Below are positions 40,294 to 53,273 of a DNA stretch of 64,000 bases, one piece after another. The position numbers and the translations under genes are program-made. Source of the DNA: the human T2T-CHM13v2.0 reference genome, Homo sapiens. Where the stretch lies: the NCBI RefSeq assembly GCF_009914755.1, contig NC_060934.1; one strand, 5' to 3'. Each line of letters starts with the position of its first letter. Within the stretch, counting starts at the first letter, position 1. The notes under the pieces were generated by a model that was not told the DNA's origin, made no database searches, and worked only from the letters and a program-made list of their open reading frames with translations.

Positions 40294-40926
40294 CTAGGAA
40301 ACCCAGAGAAATAAACGGGCAAGCATTTTACCAATGGACAAGTTTATGACAAACCTCTGTCGACTTAACAGTTCAACATCTTCTATGGGTTAACAGCTCT
40401 ATTTTATATCTGATTTAGTCCAAACAGCCCACTGACAAATCGCTCAATTACTCTCAATGGAAATTTAAATCTGATCACATAAGCCTTTCAACACGTTCTC
40501 CCTCTTAGACAAGGTCTGTCTGCACAAAGTCCTCCCTAGATTATTTAAATACACTTCTCTGTGACCTCATCAGGAGAGGAAAGTCAGTGGAGGGTAGGGG
40601 CAGGTCAGGATTACAGGGAAATTACAAAGACTTACATGGAAAAATTAAGCAAACAAAGGTTTTCCTTTCATCTCCCTGAAGACACACCCAGGGTAGTACA
40701 GGAATCAGCCTGAGGGGGCCAATCCAGACTTCCCTTCGTGTAAATGCAAAGAGCCCAGCCCTCCCTTCACCCTGAGCTGCAGAGGGGCGGCTGTGAGCTG
40801 CTTCCCCATCCTTGTCTAGAAGCATGGCTTCCAGCACAGCAAGGGGGAGAACTCATCAGAGTGGCAATGGCTACCTACGTATCTACCTACATGCCTGCCT
40901 ACCTACCTAATCTAGCTATGCATCCA

Positions 40927-41067
40927 CGGGACAGGGTCTCACTGTCGCCCAGGCTGGTGTACAGTGGCGCAATCTGCTCACTGCAGTTTCAACCTCCCCA
41001 GGCTCAAGGGATCCTCCCGCCTTAGCCTCCTGTAGCTAGGACCACAGGCACTTGCCACTGCGGCTGG
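40927..41067 (-). mobile_element. Alu monomer/partial
   Basis: right-arm similarity. Confidence 0.75.
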
Positions 41068-41235
41068 CTGGCTCCTTGTTAAAAACTGTTGGAATACATG
41101 TTCTCTTAGGCAGCAAAGCCATAGAAAATCAAGAATATTGCTTTACAGTAACGGTGTTATGTTTATGAAAGCTAACAGAACTGCATCCACATCAGGCACC
41201 TCCAACTGAAATGAGCTAAGAACGCTCTCAGGCTG

Positions 41236-41675
41236 TATCAGCCCCCTCACCTGGGGCCTGTGTTTCAGGACCCCCACGGCAGGGCTGCAACCTCAGACAG
41301 CCACTATGGATACTATGTTTTTTTCCTATACCTATGATAAAGTTTATAGATTAGGTGCAGCAAGATATTAACAAAATACAACAATTATACTGTAATAAAA
41401 GTTACGCTGATGGGCTACTATTAAGTAAAACAAGGGTTCTGTGAACAGAAGCTCTTGGATACCCACAGCGTATCTGATACCTAGACGGCTACTGGGTGAC
41501 CAACAGGCAGGTACCGTAGACAGCGTCAGCTTTCATCCCACTGCTTAGAAGAATGGTGTACAATTTAAAACTTAGGAAGTGTTTATGTCTGGAATTTTCC
41601 ATTTAATATTTTCAGACCGAGGGTGACTGTGGGTAATAAACCGTGGAAGGCAAACCCACGGATGGAGGCACTACC
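41236..41675 (-). mobile_element. MER44 (Tigger7) relic
   Basis: shares the TGGAATTTTCCATTTAATATTT core with 33990-34351. Confidence 0.7.
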
Positions 41676-41930
41676 GTGTTCTGCCAAAATATGCTGGCTG
41701 AAGCCAGGGTTTACTGAAGGCAGAATGCTTCCTGTTTCGGCTGCTGGCCCTAATCCTCGCGCCAGAAAGGACATTGCTGGGTGTGGCTAAGTGCCCAAGG
41801 AGTGAAAAGAAGCACACAGAACAACTTTTGTCTAAAATTCACTGCAGTAGAAGAAAATGACACTGATAATCATGAGTAGAAGACTAAAACGACGTGTGCA
41901 TCCCAATGTGTGAACTAGAGCAAAACTCAC

Positions 41931-42056
41931 CTGTAAGAGTAAAGGGTGAAAATCCCATTGTGGCTGAGTTTTGCGCCTCCACCATAAGCACCGCCTTTTT
42001 CTCGAATTTCTGTATGCAAGAATTTGGCAGTCATCAAACGTGCAAGGATTTTAAGA
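41931..42056 (-). CDS. PITRM1: PITRM1 exon 24
   Basis: [42 protein letters not shown]; IREKGGAYG is the M16C motif. Confidence 0.97.
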
Positions 42057-42185
42057 CTGAAATGATTAAAAAATGCAAGTTAATACCGTGGCTGATAAAA
42101 AAGCATAGACAATGAAGTAATTGTTGGATTAAGTGAAAATGAAAATCGAGTTGTAAAATAATGCTGCATAAATTATGGTCCCATA

Positions 42186-42462
42186 TTTTGGTCTTGTTTT
42201 TTAAGAGATGGGGTCTCGCTCTGTCGCCAGGCTGGAGTGCATTAGTGCAATCACAGCTCACTGCAGCTTTGAACTCCTGGGCTCAAGGGATCCTCCCACA
42301 ACAGCCTCCTGAGTAGCTGGGCCTACAGGTGTGTGCCACCACGCCTGACTATTTTTACAGTTTTTGTAGAGGCAGGGTCTAGCTTTGTTGCCCAGGCTGG
42401 TCTCAAACACCTGGCTTCAAGTGATCCTCCTGCCTTCAAAGTGCTGAGCTTACAGGCATGAG
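42186..42462 (-). mobile_element. AluJ, antisense
   Basis: Alu consensus similarity. Confidence 0.85.
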
Positions 42463-44628
42463 ATTTTCTTTTCAATTAACCAAAACTAAAAAGCACAAGG
42501 AAGCACAATTTTCAAACAGTTGGCTTAGATTACAGGGTTGAAGGGAGAGGTGGTGGGGAGGGAATCTTAACACTTCCAGCACCACACTGCTTAACTTGTT
42601 CCAATGCACATGTGGCATTTTTAAAATCTCGTGAAGTAGAAAGAGGTTATTTCTATTATAAAGGCAAATGAGCAAATGAACATTTATTTAAATGTCTCAC
42701 ATCAGAATATGGAAAGAAAGGAAACTGAAGTGAGTTTTATAAGAATCCCTTAAGAAAACACACACTCTCTGATAAAGCACATTTCTAGGAACAGGGCCGA
42801 TTTCCTCTGCCTTCCACTGTGAACGGTAACATCACATTCAAGCTGATTCTAGAACACATCCACCTCCGACAGAAGGCGGGGCAGACAATGATGGGAGGGT
42901 CTGCAGCACAGACACAGGCTCCTTGAAGACGCCCGTGGTGAGATCAGCCCCAGGTCGCCGCTTCCACAGACAGGCCTTTTCCTAAAGTGGATGAAGGGAG
43001 TCAAATAGGCCAGGTGGGAAATCAAGGAAGGAGTGGGCGTGTTCCCAGGGGCTGTGGTGGGAGAAGTCACGACCATCTCGTGTGGGTCCTCCAGGAGAAA
43101 CCCAGCGCCACTCGGGTGGCTGGGGCGCCGTCAGCCGGGACTAGCGAGGCTGGAGTCAGACCCTGGGGGACGGAGTCTCCACCAGCACCGGCAGGGATGG
43201 CGTTCCATCCGTCCACACATTATCCTTCCTGAGAAATTTCTATTACTTGTATATTAAAAACATGCTCACTTTTGAAAGATTATAAAATACAAAACACAAG
43301 GAAAAAAAGATCTGGAATCCCACTGCCCAGGGGGAACCTCCACATTTTTAGTGTTTTCTGTCTACATTTTCCTGTTGGATAGTGGAAACAGACACCACTC
43401 TTCTGCCGGCATAGCAGACAGATCTGTTCATCTTCTACAAATATGGAAATAAATGAACAAAACAGCTGACCACATACTTCTACAGCCAGCTCTTTCTGGG
43501 CCCCCACTGCAGCCCCACGTTTCTTCCCGCCTGCCTCCTACACACCTCCCCATCTGTGGCCCTCTGTGACACACGTGCACCTCGGAGGCCCGGCTCCTTC
43601 TCCAATCAGGACAGGCTGCCCAGGCCTAAGCCTGCCTTCCCCCTCTCTACCAGGCTCACTCCTTGGTTTAGTCCCTCATGGGGGTAGCTGCCTGGGACAA
43701 GGACACAGGAAGTGAATTTCCGGGATATAACATGTTTGCACATATCTGTGTCATACACACCCAACTGACGGGTCCCCAAAGGTGCACGTCTGTGAGTCTG
43801 TCCTGGTCTGGCCAGTTTCCCCAGATGGGATGAACACAGCCAAGGGGCAGCCACAGTTCGGAAGAAGGGGCTGGAGGGCCAGTCTGTAGGCTGCAAACTC
43901 CCTCGCCCCACGCCACTTTGGGAACAGGCCTGACCCTGACTCTTGGCTGTGGCTTCGGCTGCTCAACCCAGGGCCTCCTTCCCTGAGCTTCTGACTTGGT
44001 GGGGAGACAGGGGAGACAAACTCCTTAGAGGGACTGTGAGGCGGCCTCCAGCCCTGCCATCTGCAGGGCTCTGCAGGACCACCTGGTTTCTCCCCACTGC
44101 CCTGTCCCTCTGTGGCCCCAGGTCAGGCACCCCCCACCCACCCAGAGTCTGGCTCACGAGGTTCTCCTGCAGCCCCCATGGCTCTCCGGGTCACCTCCCA
44201 CTCTTTCCCTTGTAGCTTCGTGTCTTGATCTGCCTTTGCTGTCATTCACGCATCTGTCCTCATGAAGGCTTAACCTACCATGTTTATCGGAAATCTCAGC
44301 CTAAATTCGATTTTTACCTAGAGATGAGGTGAGTACATGGGGCATGTTGAAAGCAGTCTGTGTTTAAGGTCATAGGTATCTGTATTGTTCATAGGACTCC
44401 TCAATAATAGAAATTGTTTACAAAAATGACTGGCTCTAAAGCTGGGTCTCTGTTCACAAAGACTGCTGGTTAAAGAGGAGCACTCGTAGACTCACACAGC
44501 CCCAGGTCCAACACTCAGAGTCAGCACAGACTTTTCCTGTGCTAAAACACGCCCTGTGAACTCGAACAGCCTTGACAAGCTCTTCCGTAAGGCTCAGGCC
44601 TGAGAGGTCCCGACCTACACCCTCCTAC

Positions 44629-44741
44629 CTGGCATGATCTGGGTCCGTGTAGGGGACAGTTCGGATGCATTCACCCACGTAATTCACCGGGAAGGGCATC
44701 AGGAAGTGAGTCTTCATCTGCCAGGGCTTGAAGGTGGGTTC
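44629..44741 (-). CDS. PITRM1: PITRM1 exon 23
   Basis: EPTFKPWQMKTHFLMPFPVNYVGECIRTVPYTDPDHA. Confidence 0.95.
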
Positions 44742-44757
44742 CTGAGGGACACGGTAT

Positions 44758-44880
44758 GGTCAGAGGCGGCTGTGCTGCCATGCACCGCCCACGGCACTGG
44801 GACTGGACCCACTCAGGGGTCAGAGGCGGCTGTGCTCCCACGCACCGCCCACGGCACTGGGACTGGAGCCATCTCAGGGG
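44758..44880. repeat. 60-bp tandem duplication (2 copies) next to the PITRM1 exon 23 acceptor
   Basis: GGTCAGAGGCGGCTGTGCT..CA.GCACCGCCCACGGCACTGGGACTGGA.. x2. Confidence 0.9.
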
Positions 44881-45531
44881 TCCCATCTCCGTGACACTCT
44901 GCAGCCAGGTGCTGGGGCGCGAGAGCAAGGCACTGCAGTTCCGTCACTCCACACAATTTCTCACTGTAAAACTGACATGAAGTCCTCCAATCTTGACGTG
45001 ATGCCTTAACGTATACTGTTCAATTAAAAACATTTCATTCTACGCCGTTTATATCACAGTTACATATTTATATTTCATATCATATTATATCATAGGAATG
45101 TGTTAAATCACTCTACTCCACAAGGAACCAAACCAAACAGCATCAGCACCAGGCTGAGTCGCGGAAAGGATCTGTCAGACCGCTCCACTGGCATCGACTC
45201 AGCTCGGGAGCTACGTTCAAAGAAGGGTGAGTTGCCCGGGAGGAGACCACCCAGAGCAGTAGCCCTCTTCCTGGGCACAGGGAAGACGCACCCCATACCA
45301 GGGCCCTCCTCGGCACAGGAGGACACACCCCCACCAGGGCCTTCACTCAGTACTGTCTGAGAGAGAAAAGGCTCAGGGTGGCAGTGACAAAGGATGCACT
45401 GAACTCGCAACTCTAGGGACACGCCAGCCCCACAGACAGGCGGACGGAGGAACATTCGAACATCAGTGGCAGACACAGCCATGCAGGGAAGCACCCACCC
45501 GCTGGCAACCCGGATGGGCTGTGGTTCTTAC

Positions 45532-45606
45532 CATGACCAGCTTCCTAATGACCTGGGAGCCATGGGGAACGTGGGCATCTCCACCAGAGCTGCTGGGCAC
45601 AGGTTT
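45532..45606 (-). CDS. PITRM1: PITRM1 exon 22
   Basis: KPVPSSSGGDAHVPHGSQVIRKLVM. Confidence 0.93.
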
Positions 45607-45761
45607 CTGAAAATCAAGTTTCCAAGAGAAAAGAGAAAAATCCAGAACTCACTTGAAATATATAAGAAGTAACAGAGTTTATAAAATTCACACAGCTAAT
45701 AACAAGTGTTAGGGCAGGTGTAAGTGTTTTAAATAATAAACGCTTAAAAAAAATAAAAATA

Positions 45762-46085
45762 GGCTGGGCACAGTGGCTCATGCCTATAATGCCAGCACTT
45801 TGGAGGCTGAGGTGGGAGGATTGCTTGGGTCCAGGAGTCTGAGACCAGCCTGGGCAATGTAGTGAGCTCCCATCTCAACAAAAAATTTTTAAAAATTAGC
45901 TGGGCATGGTGGTGCACACCTGTAGCCCCAGCTACTTGGGAGGCTGAGATTGGAGGATCACTTGAGCCCAGGAGGTCACGGCTACAGCTAGTTGTAATGG
46001 CACCACTGCACTCCAGCCCGAGTGCCAGAGACAGACCCTGTCTCAAAATAACAAAAACTAAAAAAAGAAATAAAGTGAGTAAAAG
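45762..46085 (+). mobile_element. AluJ
   Basis: Alu consensus similarity. Confidence 0.88.
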
Positions 46086-46659
46086 AAATTAAGAAAATAT
46101 TAAAATAAATTTTCAGACAGTCAAGGAAAAGGTAGCCTTGTTATATGGTACAAAGAAAATATTTTAACCTTTCTTTCTGCACTTTCTTGTCATTAATCTG
46201 TCAAATCAAGAGGACATTTAAGGTGAAAGGGTTGCAGGCAGAGGGGCCTGGAGCAGCAGGAGGCCACCTCCCAAAGGCTCCACTCCCAGGGGCCAACAGA
46301 GAGACCACATCCAGAATTGAACCAGGGATACGCAGACACCAACGGAGAAGACATGAGCGTCAACCTCCTCCACGGAGCAGCACGGCTTCTCTACTGACAT
46401 CCATGAACTAGACTACAACTCTCTAAGTTAATCAAATTTACTAAGTTAGTTATCACCGACATCACTGTTCCATGTCAAATCCATGGATTCATGAGTCAAA
46501 GAAACAGCAGTGAACAGCCTTCAGGCTACGGTTTGGGCCATTCCTCTGCCAGCGTATTCCAGCCAAAGTCTGTTTTCCTATCAGACTACTCACTGCAAGG
46601 CACAGAAGTGAGCGCGGGATCTAAGGCCACACCGCAGGGTCTGAACTCACTTAACTGGC

Positions 46660-46810
46660 CCAACACTGCACAAGATACTTAATCCTCCTGAACCTCAGTT
46701 TCTTCATCTGCGTACGGGGGATATGAACCCCCACATGCTGGACTGCTCTGAGAATTGAGTTAATGCGTGTAAAACATGAGAGCTGCTCTGGCACCCGCCA
46801 GGCGCTCACC
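46660..46810. mobile_element. MIR relic
   Basis: CTGAACCTCAGTTTCTTCATCTG MIR core; similar relics near 3030-3230, 12900-13050, 15290-15420 and 57040-57200. Confidence 0.6.
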
Positions 46811-46835
46811 GGGCGCCAGCACCACCAGTGCATAC

Positions 46836-46956
46836 CTCGACCGTGTGTGGGCGCACAGGCCTCCGTTCCTTTTTACTCCGACCGATGCTTCTAAGGAAGT
46901 CTTCGACCGCTTTTTCTGTCTGAGGCATCTGCTGAGGAGTCGCATTCACTGAACAC
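46836..46956 (-). CDS. PITRM1: PITRM1 exon 21
   Basis: CSVNATPQQMPQTEKAVEDFLRSIGRSKKERRPVRPHTVE. Confidence 0.95.
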
Positions 46957-48389
46957 CTGTTTGAAAAATTACGTATACATAAAACCACTGTTAGAAAAAA
47001 CAGTTTTAGTAATTCATCACATTTTGTATAACTCAATAATGTTGTTTTTATAGAAAATACTGTTCAGAGTGTTAAACAGCAGCCAAATGTGGAAATGCCA
47101 CGGCCGCCTCCCTGCTCTGCAGTGCTTCAGGTTATCAAGAGATTTCCGCACAGTTCAATGTGGCAGCTAATGAAGCCGTCCATACGCGGAGCCTGTGACT
47201 CTAAACTCTAGTTCTTCTGAAGAGCAAAGAAAATACAGAGACTATTAAGATCTGCTAACCGTGCCTTCGGAATTACACTATCAAAACACTGACAACTTTT
47301 AAAATTACTGTCCAGAAGTCATCAATTTGAAAATGTGAACTGGTTGTTAAAGCAGAACATTATAAAGTGCAAAAAAATACCATGCTCTCAAAGTTACATG
47401 AAAATAGAACTCTTCCAAATTCCACAGAATTGCAAATACTACTATCATATAAAAGCTACTTGAACTCTACAGTATATTGACAGAGTGTATATTTTTTCCT
47501 TTCAGCTGTAAATCCTGAACTTATTCTAGTTAAAGTAACAGCAGGTACCATTATATTAATACTAACTATATCCCAGGCATGTATGCTGCCTTGCAGATAT
47601 TCTTTCTTTTATTCCTTACGATAAACCTGCAAAGGAAGGTTTTATGGAGGAGGAAGCAGAAGACGCAAGTGGGTCAGCTGCCCAGGACCGCCTGGGAGCG
47701 AGTGTGAGTGCTGACCCGGTGGCACCAGAAGCCAGGCCTGCCTGAGCCCAATGCCAAGAGACCCTGATCGCCAGGCTTCACCTCTGGCCACCCACAGACC
47801 GCCCTGTAGAATCTGCCAGGGATTCTCAGGACATGACTGGGGAAAGGCATCAGGACTCTCTGTGAAGAAGGACAAGTGACTTCAGCAAACATTTTCTTGT
47901 TAAGTACTGATGAATACATCAATGTCACTGACAATAAGATGCTGAAAATAAACAATCATTTTTAAACTTTATTCATGCTCACACATCTGAGGGCATAAGG
48001 CCAACTGAAGGTATAGGACTGAGCTGCCAGATGTTTCCTCAAAGCATCACATAATTTTATAAGAAACTGCACTTTTACTCTGGTCTTCAGCAAGCTCACC
48101 TTTACAGATACCTCAGTTACGGACCATGTGCTTTTGGAAGCAATATAACTACTTGCCCTCAATCTATTTGCACTTCTAGCACAAAATTAGCCTGCTTTCT
48201 TCCCCATCTCCTACAACTTTTAATAGGCTTAAAATATTTTCTTAGTTTGTTAGAACACTTGACATTTACAATAAATTCTATAACCTTTACCAAGCACTCT
48301 ATCTTGAAGTTTCTACAAGTAAGAAATACCTAAAAACTATACTTAATAGAATGAATCATAAAATATTTAGAAACAAATCACACATGCAC

Positions 48390-48490
48390 CTCATATTATC
48401 ACCATTTAACAAGTGTTTCTTGATACGTGGGAGCTTCCTCAGGATGGGTTTGATATCTGTCATTTCTGCAATCCTCTTCATCAGCCGCAC
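48390..48490 (-). CDS. PITRM1: PITRM1 exon 20
   Basis: VRLMKRIAEMTDIKPILRKLPRIKKHLLNGDNMR. Confidence 0.95.
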
Positions 48491-48811
48491 CTAAGCCAGA
48501 GGAAACTCGCTCAGAGAGAGGCAGAGGCTACAACAGACCCGCTGAGTCTGAACCAAGCACCTGTGACATCAGAACCCTGCTTGGGCAGGGGTTATGTGTG
48601 CGAGTGCACGGCTTGGGCAGGGCTGGAACTGGGATGCAGGGTGGTACAAAGAGGAAGATGAGTCAAAACCAACCAACCAATTCTTCCCCATATTTAGTCA
48701 GTTAGAAAGTTAGCATTTCTGGGACATAAATTAATGTATTCCCAAAGAAATTAGTAACTCTGGAATATGTGGCTAAACCGGAGTAATAGAGGTTCCTTCC
48801 AAGCTTCCCAC

Positions 48812-48977
48812 CTGATCCATCCCGCTGAAGGTCTCCTGCAGGTCCCCTGCGGGCGTGAGGGTCCGGCCTGCCCTGATGGATGCGTACAGGTGCCCAGAGT
48901 CAGGAATTCCATTGGCGAGCTCCTGGGCGGTCATCTTCACCAGCACCTTGAAGTGCTCCTCTTCTTCAAAGCACGGG
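48812..48977 (-). CDS. PITRM1: PITRM1 exon 19
   Basis: PCFEEEEHFKVLVKMTAQELANGIPDSGHLYASIRAGRTLTPAGDLQETFSGMDQ. Confidence 0.96.
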
Positions 48978-49226
48978 CTATGGAAAAAGGAGAAGAAAAA
49001 ATTCCTGGAGACCCATTCCTCACGTCCCTTCAGTATCATGGAAAGTTGATTAAGTTTTCAGAGTACTTTAACAACCAAAGAAATTTTATAAGTCCATATG
49101 AACTACAAGTAAAAGTCAGACTTGGAAAACAACAACACACACGAGTAAAACTGTCTCCTTTAAAGTACTTCAAACAAAGATCTCTAGTACACCCCAAGAA
49201 TGGACAACTCTTGCAAATAAAGTTAC

Positions 49227-49303
49227 TTGTTAAATATTTCACTCCATAGCTGCATCATGTCTGGCAGGTTTCGATCCAGGCAGAGAGAGGAGAAAAGCAC
49301 ACC
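49227..49303 (-). CDS. PITRM1: PITRM1 exon 18
   Basis: GVLFSSLCLDRNLPDMMQLWSEIFN. Confidence 0.95.
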
Positions 49304-49410
49304 CTGAACCAAGGAAAACACAGAAGAAAGGAATTAGGGCCGAATTGAACAGTGACAGACACTGGAGAAAAGCTTCCCACCGCAGCAGTCGTCTGACGGT
49401 ACCAGGCTAC

Positions 49411-49531
49411 CTGCTCGTAGGTGTCCATGTGTGAGTCGTCGGGGAGCACGTGGGGAGAAGCACTCATCCCTCCGGTCTTCAATTCTATCTGCTGAGCCTG
49501 CTCCCGGTAGTCAAGAAGGCCGCAGCCCAGC
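49411..49531 (-). CDS. PITRM1: PITRM1 exon 17
   Basis: LGCGLLDYREQAQQIELKTGGMSASPHVLPDDSHMDTYEQ. Confidence 0.95.
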
Positions 49532-50860
49532 CTGACACAGCAGAGAAGCATCGCCCCGATTACAAGTCAGTCTTTACTGAATCATTTTTAAAATCGTGCA
49601 TCTTGAGTTACAAGTTGCTTCCATTAATTCAATAACTGCGGCTTTGCCAACCTCTCTACACTTCGAAGGTCATAAGCAGGTGCACTCTGGCCTTCGCCCT
49701 CGAGAGTTCATGTGCCCCCTTCCCCAGGGAGACCCCAGTTTCTCCCGCCTAGGAAGTTAGCGTCCAGAGGCACAAGACACTTGGGCAGCCAGTGTCTGCA
49801 CTTAAAACACCATTCTAAAATAGGCATTTCCAGTTGTAAGCTCTTCAATAAATGTTTTATGACTACTCCCTACTCTCTTCACCCAGATCACCGTGATACA
49901 TACTTCCTTTGTTTTGCTCGAATGTCTGGTAGCCTGGGCGGGGGAGTCCGAAGACTAAAGGTTTTTTAAGTTTTTAAGAAAAGCAGTTTCCTCTCAGCAC
50001 TCATGCTTTTGAAAGAAACATTCACAGTGACACTGCTAATGCCAGCAATAATTGAGTCAAGGGAATGACCATGAGGTGTTTTCTAAACCGCTACAAAAGG
50101 ATGAACAGTGGCAGCTATATTTAAAAAGAAAGGCAGGGAACCTTCAAAACCCTGAAGACATTTTTCCATCTGAGCGGACCCTCAGCCAGGGTGCAGAAGG
50201 TGTCACAGCCACATAGCTTTCTGCAGCACGCAGACAACTTCATCTCCACAGAGGGAAGACCCCAGCTGCATGTCAGGTTGGGCAGTGGTCCCTGAAGCTG
50301 GCTGCAGGGTTCCCTGTCGCCCTATTATTCTGGATGGGAACAGGAGCCCACAGCCCTGTCTACTGCTTGTCCTGCAACCTCGGCCACGGCAGAGCTGGGC
50401 AAAAAGTCAAGTGTTGATGTGTGCACTCGTGTGTGTGTTTCCAGATCTGTGCACACCCCACCTAGGGAGGACGACAGCAACTGCAGGGTCGGCTTGGAGG
50501 AGGAGCCACGCACGCAGCAGGCACACCTGTTCCTAAGGCAGCCCCAGGCCACACTGCACATCCAATTACTTACACTTTCGGATTAAACCATCAATCCTTT
50601 CCAAAGCTTCATAGGCTGAGATGGAGATCTATAAGTATCTCCTTATATTATACCGTAGATTCATAACTATTTCAATGTAATATAGTAAGAAAATGTTACT
50701 TTCATAAAAAATTCTAAACCAATATATTGTACACCATACTTACACACTAACATTGTAAGTTGTGATTCACTGAAGGTAATTCCTACTGATGCATTAGAAT
50801 ACAGATATGCACACAAAGCAGACATTAATAAGACACACAAGGGTATGTTGCGACTCGTAC

Positions 50861-50993
50861 TTGGTGAGGACGCTGCAGAAGAGGGGCACATAGGGCCTCA
50901 GCTCCTCGGGGAGTGTGTTCAGGCTGGAGAAGGCCCGGAAATACACCATGCCATTGGTGGGCTGGGCGCAGTACTGAACAGGGATATCTCCAG
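50861..50993 (-). CDS. PITRM1: PITRM1 exon 16
   Basis: GDIPVQYCAQPTNGMVYFRAFSSLNTLPEELRPYVPLFCSVLT. Confidence 0.96.
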
Positions 50994-52486
50994 CTAGAAA
51001 AACAAAAGGGATTTAATTTTTATTGCTGCCAGTAAAATTCTAACCACTTGTAATATTTAAAAACAATGCTATTTATTGTTTTTTCAAGAATGGAGGTTTA
51101 AGACTTATACTAGAGTTTATATAAATTTCCCAATCATATTTTCATGACTAAAAACTGGAACTGTCTTCAATAGTAAAGCAACCCGTGCTCTCCAAGGAAT
51201 GGGAAAGGAAGGATGGAACCACGAACTTCTGGTCTCATAACTGCGAGTTCCAGTTACCCAACCTCTCCCCGTCAACCAGAGGGAACTCTGACCAGGTGCC
51301 CCCGAGACCCCTGGGCCCACATCGCACCCGTCCTCAGCGCTGCTCATCTTCCCCAACAGGCCCTGCCACCCTCTGGCCCCACAACAGAAGGCTGCCCCAG
51401 GGCCCCAAACAAGGCTCCTGGTGTCCCCCACCCACCCATCCTGACCTCAAGGGGAGGGCTGGACATTCAGCTTCATATGTCCCTACCTAGCAGAGCACCC
51501 TAGACCAGCGGAGGGACCAAGGTGCGGAAGGATGACTGATTTATTCTCACTCTTAGCAAACACTTAATGAGATTCACGGACAAAAACTGCCAGGGTTAAC
51601 AGATCAGAGAGATGTCAGCCTCGAGTTCCACTCACATGCGCCCACACACACACACACATGAAAATAAATGAGATACAAACATGACAAGCGCTGTCAGAAG
51701 ACAAAAGGTGGGCTGGAGACGCTTCACAGGACACAGGGATGCCCAGGGTGAAATCCCATCCCCGTCCTCAAGGTGCAAGTGAGAGCCATGCTGCCCTCAG
51801 CTCAGTCACGTCCGGCCACACCCGCTGGTAAGCTCAGCATCAACACTGTCGCAGGTGAGGTTACCCCAAAGGTGCCTCTCCTGCTACTAGCCAGGAGCCA
51901 GAGAGAAAGGGGGCACCCTGAGAACTCAAAAGCAGTGACAGACCACGTGACAAAAAGTACCACGGAACAAAAGGTGCCATGGAATGAAACGTGTCACGGA
52001 ACAAAACGTGCCAAGGAACGAAATGCCAGGACACGGCAGGGGGATAAACCTGGTCTCCAACTTCCTTTCAACTCAGCACTCAGCTTTCTGGGGGCTCTCG
52101 TCCCTCTGCTTCCTCTATGCTGATGGCAGGGTAAACATTAGGAAAAAGGGCTCTGAGGACGCCTCGATTTTTAAAACTGCGCTTCACACAGTCACAGCGT
52201 AACCCAAATCCTCATTTGATTCTAGAAGCAGGAAATCAGAGCGCCCTATCAAACCCCTCTCAGGAACACACACACACACGGGCTCTTACTGAGTGAAGGA
52301 GTCTATCACCACCGAGAGTTAAGAACAAGGCAGAAGAATCGTGTAGAGCGAGACTATGAACGCACAGGGCTGCTCAAGTGTTTCAGGGAAAACCTCCAAG
52401 ACATGACTCTACTGCTTCTGTGAGGAGTGACATTTAATTCCCCCAAGGAACCCGAGACCCGGGAAAAGCGTAGCGTTCACAGTGAC

Positions 52487-52603
52487 CTGTCAGGACCACG
52501 TCCAACTCTGTGACAGGTATGGTGGGTTCAATATCGGAAACTTTCAACGCTGGCAGACAAGAGGCATCTTGAGGTTTGCTTTGTTGACTCCGTAATTCTA
52601 GAC
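52487..52603 (-). CDS. PITRM1: PITRM1 exon 15
   Basis: LELRSQQSKPQDASCLPALKVSDIEPTIPVTELDVVLT. Confidence 0.95.
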
Positions 52604-52953
52604 CTGAAAAAGGAATATTCAGGGCCATAATTAAAAGGTTTGATGCAACTTGTCTCCTATGTTATTATCTTAACATCCAGAATTAGCCGTCCACGCCAAG
52701 TGTGGGGAGTACAGGAGCACTGTGGTTTGCAAAGTATCTCCTATTTCCAGGCTGACCATATTTAGACGCACTAATAACCTGCTTAGTGGGTAGCCCTTTT
52801 CCTAATTCTCATTTTCAATTATTAAGGAATTCTGCTAGGAAGTGGTGGTTTGCTCAAGCAGCTTCTCCTGCACCCCTCCAAAGTTTACATTAAATAGATT
52901 CAACTTGTTTTTAGAGTTTTCAAACCATTTCTTGATGGACTGAAATTTAGTGA

Positions 52954-53273
<320 letters not shown>

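Larger units (their letters stand above)
42850..49870 (+). ncRNA. Probable antisense lncRNA within PITRM1 (PITRM1-AS1-like); extent approximate
   Basis: + strand exon-like unit 44216-44328 (ctctttcccttgtag|...GAG|gtgagt) and + strand AATAAA at 49847-49852; recalled that PITRM1-AS1 lies in this part of the gene; the left bound is from recollection only. Confidence 0.4.
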
